In this document: piece after piece, positions 62,449 to 64,000 of the stretch
Numbering within the stretch: position 1 is the stretch's first letter
Layout: the number at the start of each line of letters is the position of its first letter
Origin: Catajapyx aquilonaris
Taxonomy: Eukaryota
Length of the DNA stretch: 64,000 nucleotides
Direction: 5' to 3'
NCBI GenBank assembly: GCA_000934665.2
Contig: JYFJ02001299.1
Location: forward strand, 1 to 64,000
The notes under the pieces: generated by a model
Told to the model about the DNA's origin: nothing
Seen by the model: only the letters and a program-made list of their open reading frames with translations
Databases searched by the model: none
Position numbers and translations under genes: made by a program

Positions 62449-64000
62449 TTACTGTAAGTGTCCAGCCCACTTTTCTTTAAACAGGATTTATCCTGTGAGC
62501 AACTCTTATCCGGCTTGGTGTGAAAATTGTCCACTGCAGCATGGCTAGTATCTTCAACCACCAAACCACGCCATTAGGGTCCCAAGTTCCGCGCATTTTA
62601 ATCAAGAAGAGATTGCAAACAGTCTCGGAAGAAGTGTTGGTAGTGGAGGATAGTTCTCCATTTCCCCTATACTCAGAACTTGCTGGAGAATCTTGCGGCC
62701 CTGAGATGATACCCCCCCCCCCCTTTCCAGTCATCCAGCTGCAAATGCGTTTTTTCGCAGGAGGTCAGAGGCCTTCTCCTATATTCCTAATCCGCCTGCC
62801 ACATTCCTTCATCCATAAAAAAGCGGTTGGGCGGAATGCACGCTCCGAAATAATAACGAGAAAAACCTTGGCCACAAAATGGCGCTCCAGCCACCAAAAA
62901 CACCCATCGTCGCCATTGAAATAAACGAGCCGCATTTTCCTCCAGGCATGACCGAAACGCCGCGTTCATGACGATGTCAAACGGTCTCTTCTCCTTTGTA
63001 CCTTATATCCGAGGGGGCCATCTTGGTTCTCTTTAGAGCGCTGTTACCGGTCCCCCCGCAATCTCCGATACAAAAGATTTTCCCCCCGCTCTCACTTGGA
63101 AGCACCGCCACCTCCAGGCATCAAGCCTTCCAACTTTAATCAGAGACTGCGGTGTCCCCCCTCCCCCCCCCAAAAAAAAGTGAGAGGGAGGTGTGTGCAC
63201 GTGGCAGGTATATTAATCCCATCCGTCTTCGATTATTGGGCATCAAATCGGATGATAGGAGGAAAGAACGGTTGGTTTCATTTCCAGCATCTGGACGACT
63301 TTGGATGATGATTATGACGAAGAAGGGAGCACCCAACCTAATATTAGCACCTAATAATGATAACCACTATTTTTAAGATTGAATATTTTTTTAAAGTAGA
63401 CATTTTGTGTGACATTTCCTGAGGTGGACATGTTGTCAGGAGAGTGTTGCCTCTTAATTGGAGAAATCTGGGCACAGACACTAGCGTTAATGTAGTTTGC
63501 AAAGTGAGCTTAGGCCGTTAAATTAATTGCCTTGAGAGATGAGTCTGAATTCAGGGGGTACAATGCAGAACCTCCAACGCACGTAGATGAAACATTTCCG
63601 TACAAAATCCATGAGCCAAGCAGCATGTTGCTGGGACCCCGTTTAGAATAGCATTAGCCGCACAGAGACGCGTCGTACAAAATCCATGACGTGTCTGGGA
63701 GTGTTTCGGTGTAACTGGCGATGCCTCTTCTCGTCATCGAGGTTGCATTAAAGCTCCAAGTTTCGCATCCTATCCGTCCGTACATGGTGCGCTGCAAATT
63801 CGATCAAGTCCTTTAAACTTTCCGTCGTGTTAGGAGTCGCGCGAATAATGAAACAACAATGAGATTCGCCATGATGATCGACGATCTTTGGCAGTCGCTT
63901 CCTTAATTCACTTTGCAATGTTTAAGATTCTCGACGGCAGCAGCGACTCAAATATTGGATTAGAGAAGCTGATGGAAGTAGGTCCGGAGGATGTCCTTGG

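Overview
Eukaryotic, intron-rich window from an arthropod, most likely an insect; the species cannot be determined from the sequence. (1) A compact 4-exon Mpv17/PMP22-family gene (MPV17L2-like, 195 aa) lies on + at 554-1534. (2) A large Dscam2-like gene lies on the - strand from at least 49595 to its stop at 2665. I reconstructed 28 exons by hand, all with GT-AG boundaries and consistent phases (about 1,870 aa visible): 9 Ig, 4 FNIII, Ig, 2 FNIII, TM and a cytoplasmic tail ending YSIAV. It has two tandem, probably mutually exclusive Ig7 exons and no visible Dscam1-type exon 4/6/9 arrays. Its signal-peptide exon was not found. (3) A tandem trio of intact 3-exon gustatory receptor genes on + (52266-58068) probably sits antisense inside the first Dscam intron; one uses a GC-AG intron. 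Non-coding highlights: two back-to-back perfect palindromes (37437-37575), a 174-nt AG-exclusion zone before the second Ig7 exon, a pogo/Tigger-like transposon end with an expanded 16-bp minisatellite (second copy at about 61.1 kb), an hAT-like MITE, a two-copy dispersed repeat with a CTCF-like core, and an 8-N gap beside the Ig7 cassette. I see no clear wholly new biological system. The best leads are the Ig7 exon-choice architecture, the double palindrome, the GC donor that mirrors its downstream exon, and the nested Gr cluster.
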